Shown here: in pieces, positions 62,629-64,000 of the stretch | Position numbering within the stretch: position 1 is the stretch's first letter | How the letters are laid out: every line of letters begins with the position of its first letter | From: an uncultured Candidatus Binatia bacterium | GTDB lineage: Bacteria > Desulfobacterota > Binatia > UBA9968 > JAJDTQ01 | NCBI GenBank assembly: GCA_965213675.1 | Contig: OZ243916.1 | Location: 3,680,001 to 3,744,000 of the forward strand | Length of the DNA stretch: 64,000 bases | Direction: 5' to 3' | Position numbers and translations under genes: made by a program | Notes under the pieces: model-generated | Databases searched by the model: none | The model's input: only the letters and a program-made list of their open reading frames with translations | Told to the model about the DNA's origin: nothing

Positions 62629-62895
62629 ATGAAAAAGGCAGACTTCCGCCAGTTCTACCGCGACGCCCACGCCGTGGACTCCCTCAGCGAGCGCGAGAAG
62701 ATATTCCTCGGCCTTGCCGTGGCCATGACGCGCAACTGCGATCCGTGAGTGGACCGCCGCCTTGCGGACGCAAGGAAAGCGGACATCCCCGAGGAACACC
62801 TCGACGCCGCCGTGGACGTCATCGCCGCCGTGGACGCGGGCATCCTCCAGTCCCTGAACCAGCGCATCAAGCAGCGGCACAAGGAACGGGGATAA
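62629..62895 (+). CDS. AhpD/carboxymuconolactone-decarboxylase-like selenoprotein (CxxU), 88 aa with UGA read as Sec
   Basis: AAGGAG RBS. LSEREK..LAVA..RNCDP-UGA(62746-62748), then the frame continues VDRRLADARKADIPEEHLDAAVDV to TAA 62895. SECIS-like hairpin follows the UGA. Confidence 0.85.
62754..62782 (+). promoter_or_regulatory. Bacterial SECIS-like hairpin
   Basis: CCTTGC-GGAC-GCAAGG stem-loop starting after an 11-nt spacer from the UGA, with G first in the loop; lower stem CCGC/GCGG. Confidence 0.75.
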
Positions 62896-62919
62896 CCTGT
62901 TCCGCGGGTCGTCGCATGC

Positions 62920-62948
62920 TTGAAACCCGCCCTTCGAGGTGGTAAAAG
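62920..62948 (+). promoter_or_regulatory. Putative sigma70 promoter of the tRNA
   Basis: TTGAAA-17 nt-TAAAAG with TG at the extended -10 position. Confidence 0.4.
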
Positions 62949-62963
62949 TCGAGGTCCCACAGT

Positions 62964-63040
62964 GGTCGCATAGCTCAGTCGGCTAGAGCGCTTGCCTCAC
63001 ATGCAAGAGGCCGCAGGTTCGAGTCCTGCTGCGACCACCA
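62964..63040 (+). tRNA. trnV: tRNA-Val(CAC)
   Basis: Acceptor stem GGTCGCA/TGCGACC, D-arm, anticodon stem CTTGC/GCAAG with loop CT-CAC-AT, GGTTCGAGTCC T-arm, encoded CCA. Confidence 0.96.
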
Positions 63041-63259
63041 TTCCCCTGCTCCAAACCAGATTGGTTGTCATATGCTTGGTTGGCGACCATGTGGTTGGCA
63101 ACCATGTGTTGGCATCCCGCCAGACGAGGCAATGGCCGGTATTCGACGAACCTTTTCCAGCGTATTGGATGACTGCGGGACCCACGGGAAAACTCCGCCA
63201 AGGGCTGCAGGCAAGCTCCCAGGGTCGAGCGACACGGTACATTCAAGGGAGGGCAGGAC

Positions 63260-64000
63260 ATGAGCACCGATTTGAAGATGTTTCTTTTGACCGCCGACAA
63301 CCTGGTGCGTTGCCATTGGGACGGCCGTTCCCGGCAGGTGGAGGTGCTGGATCGGGTGATGGACGGGGAGGTGCTGCGGGAGGTGACGCGGGACGCGGAG
63401 GACCCGAACCGGCTCTACGCGGCCACGGGCACCGAGCTGCACGTGAGCGAGGACGGCGGGGAGACCTGGAAGTGGATTCCCTCCGGCGGCCTGGATTACC
63501 GGGACATCTGGACAATGCAGGCGCATCCCACGCGGTCCGGCGAGGTCTACGTGGGCACGCTGCCCGCGGCGGTGTACGTGAGCGACAACGGCGGACGCTC
63601 GTTTCGTGAGTTGTCGGCCTTCCGCCGGATCGAGGACTACGCCCGCTGGACGTTCCCGCCGCCGCCCCACACGCCGCACATCCGCTGCATCGTGCTGGAC
63701 AGCCGGGCGCCGGACGAGATCATCGTGGGCGTCGAGGAGGGGGGCGTGGTGCGGAGCCGCGACCGGGGCGAGACGTGGGAGGATATCAGCGGGCCGTCGA
63801 GCACGGCCGCGTACCCGGAGCACAACGACCCGGCGGGGGTGCTGCCGTACCAGATGGGCGCCCACGAGGACGGGCGCGTCTATCGCGACGTGCACTGGGT
63901 GATGCGCGACCCCGCGAGCCTCGACACGCTGTACGCCACCACCGGCATCGGCACGTATCGCACCGAAGACGGCGGCGCGTATTGGCGCAAGCTGGAATAC
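63260..64000 (+). CDS. BNR/Asp-box repeat protein (partial; paralog of 41850..42920)
   Basis: ATG 63260 after GGAGGG; SEDGGETW, SDNGGRSF, SRDRGETW and WTFPPPPHTPH. Open to the window end. Confidence 0.85.
   Translation, partial: MSTDLKMFLLTADNLVRCHWDGRSRQVEVLDRVMDGEVLREVTRDAEDPNRLYAATGTELHVSEDGGETWKWIPSGGLDYRDIWTMQAHPTRSGEVYVGTLPAAVYVSDNGGRSFRELSAFRRIEDYARWTFPPPPHTPHIRCIVLDSRAPDEIIVGVEEGGVVRSRDRGETWEDISGPSSTAAYPEHNDPAGVLPYQMGAHEDGRVYRDVHWVMRDPASLDTLYATTGIGTYRTEDGGAYWRKLEY

Noticed and set aside
62964-64000. Prophage or integrative element at tRNA-Val
   Set aside because: No integrase follows the tRNA, and no substantial duplication of the tRNA 3' end was seen in the window.

Overview
High-GC (~70%) bacterial genomic window. 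A Deltaproteobacteria-like lineage, possibly host-associated, is inferred from gene content only (DUF4911 next to rnr; LLM, VOC, amidohydrolase and NMT1-type SBP genes). The left 34 kb is one giant minus-strand surface-protein/adhesin gene built from Calx-beta-like and other Ig-like beta-sandwich repeats. It starts at ATG 34018 and runs off the left edge (at least 11,339 codons if one extra base at 17212 is removed). A perfect (GAGCC)31 pentanucleotide tract sits between its start codon and the signal-peptide hydrophobic core, the layout of a slipped-strand phase-variation switch. The gene also has a ~6.8-kb internal duplication, three tandem 375-bp units, and unique low-GC domains set into a repeating scaffold. 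The right 30 kb holds metabolic and housekeeping genes: VOC, MmgE/PrpD, amidohydrolase, LLM, BNR proteins, SBP, two EamA, rnr, DUF4911, AsmA, a paaFGHJ-like operon with TetR, GST, an OFA-type MFS, nfo, EVE and tRNA-Val(CAC). It also holds a low-GC ATPase/nuclease plus HEXXH-peptidase pair, an output-less Cache/HAMP sensor operon, and an AhpD-like selenoprotein (CxxU with a bacterial SECIS) that the ORF track truncates at UGA.
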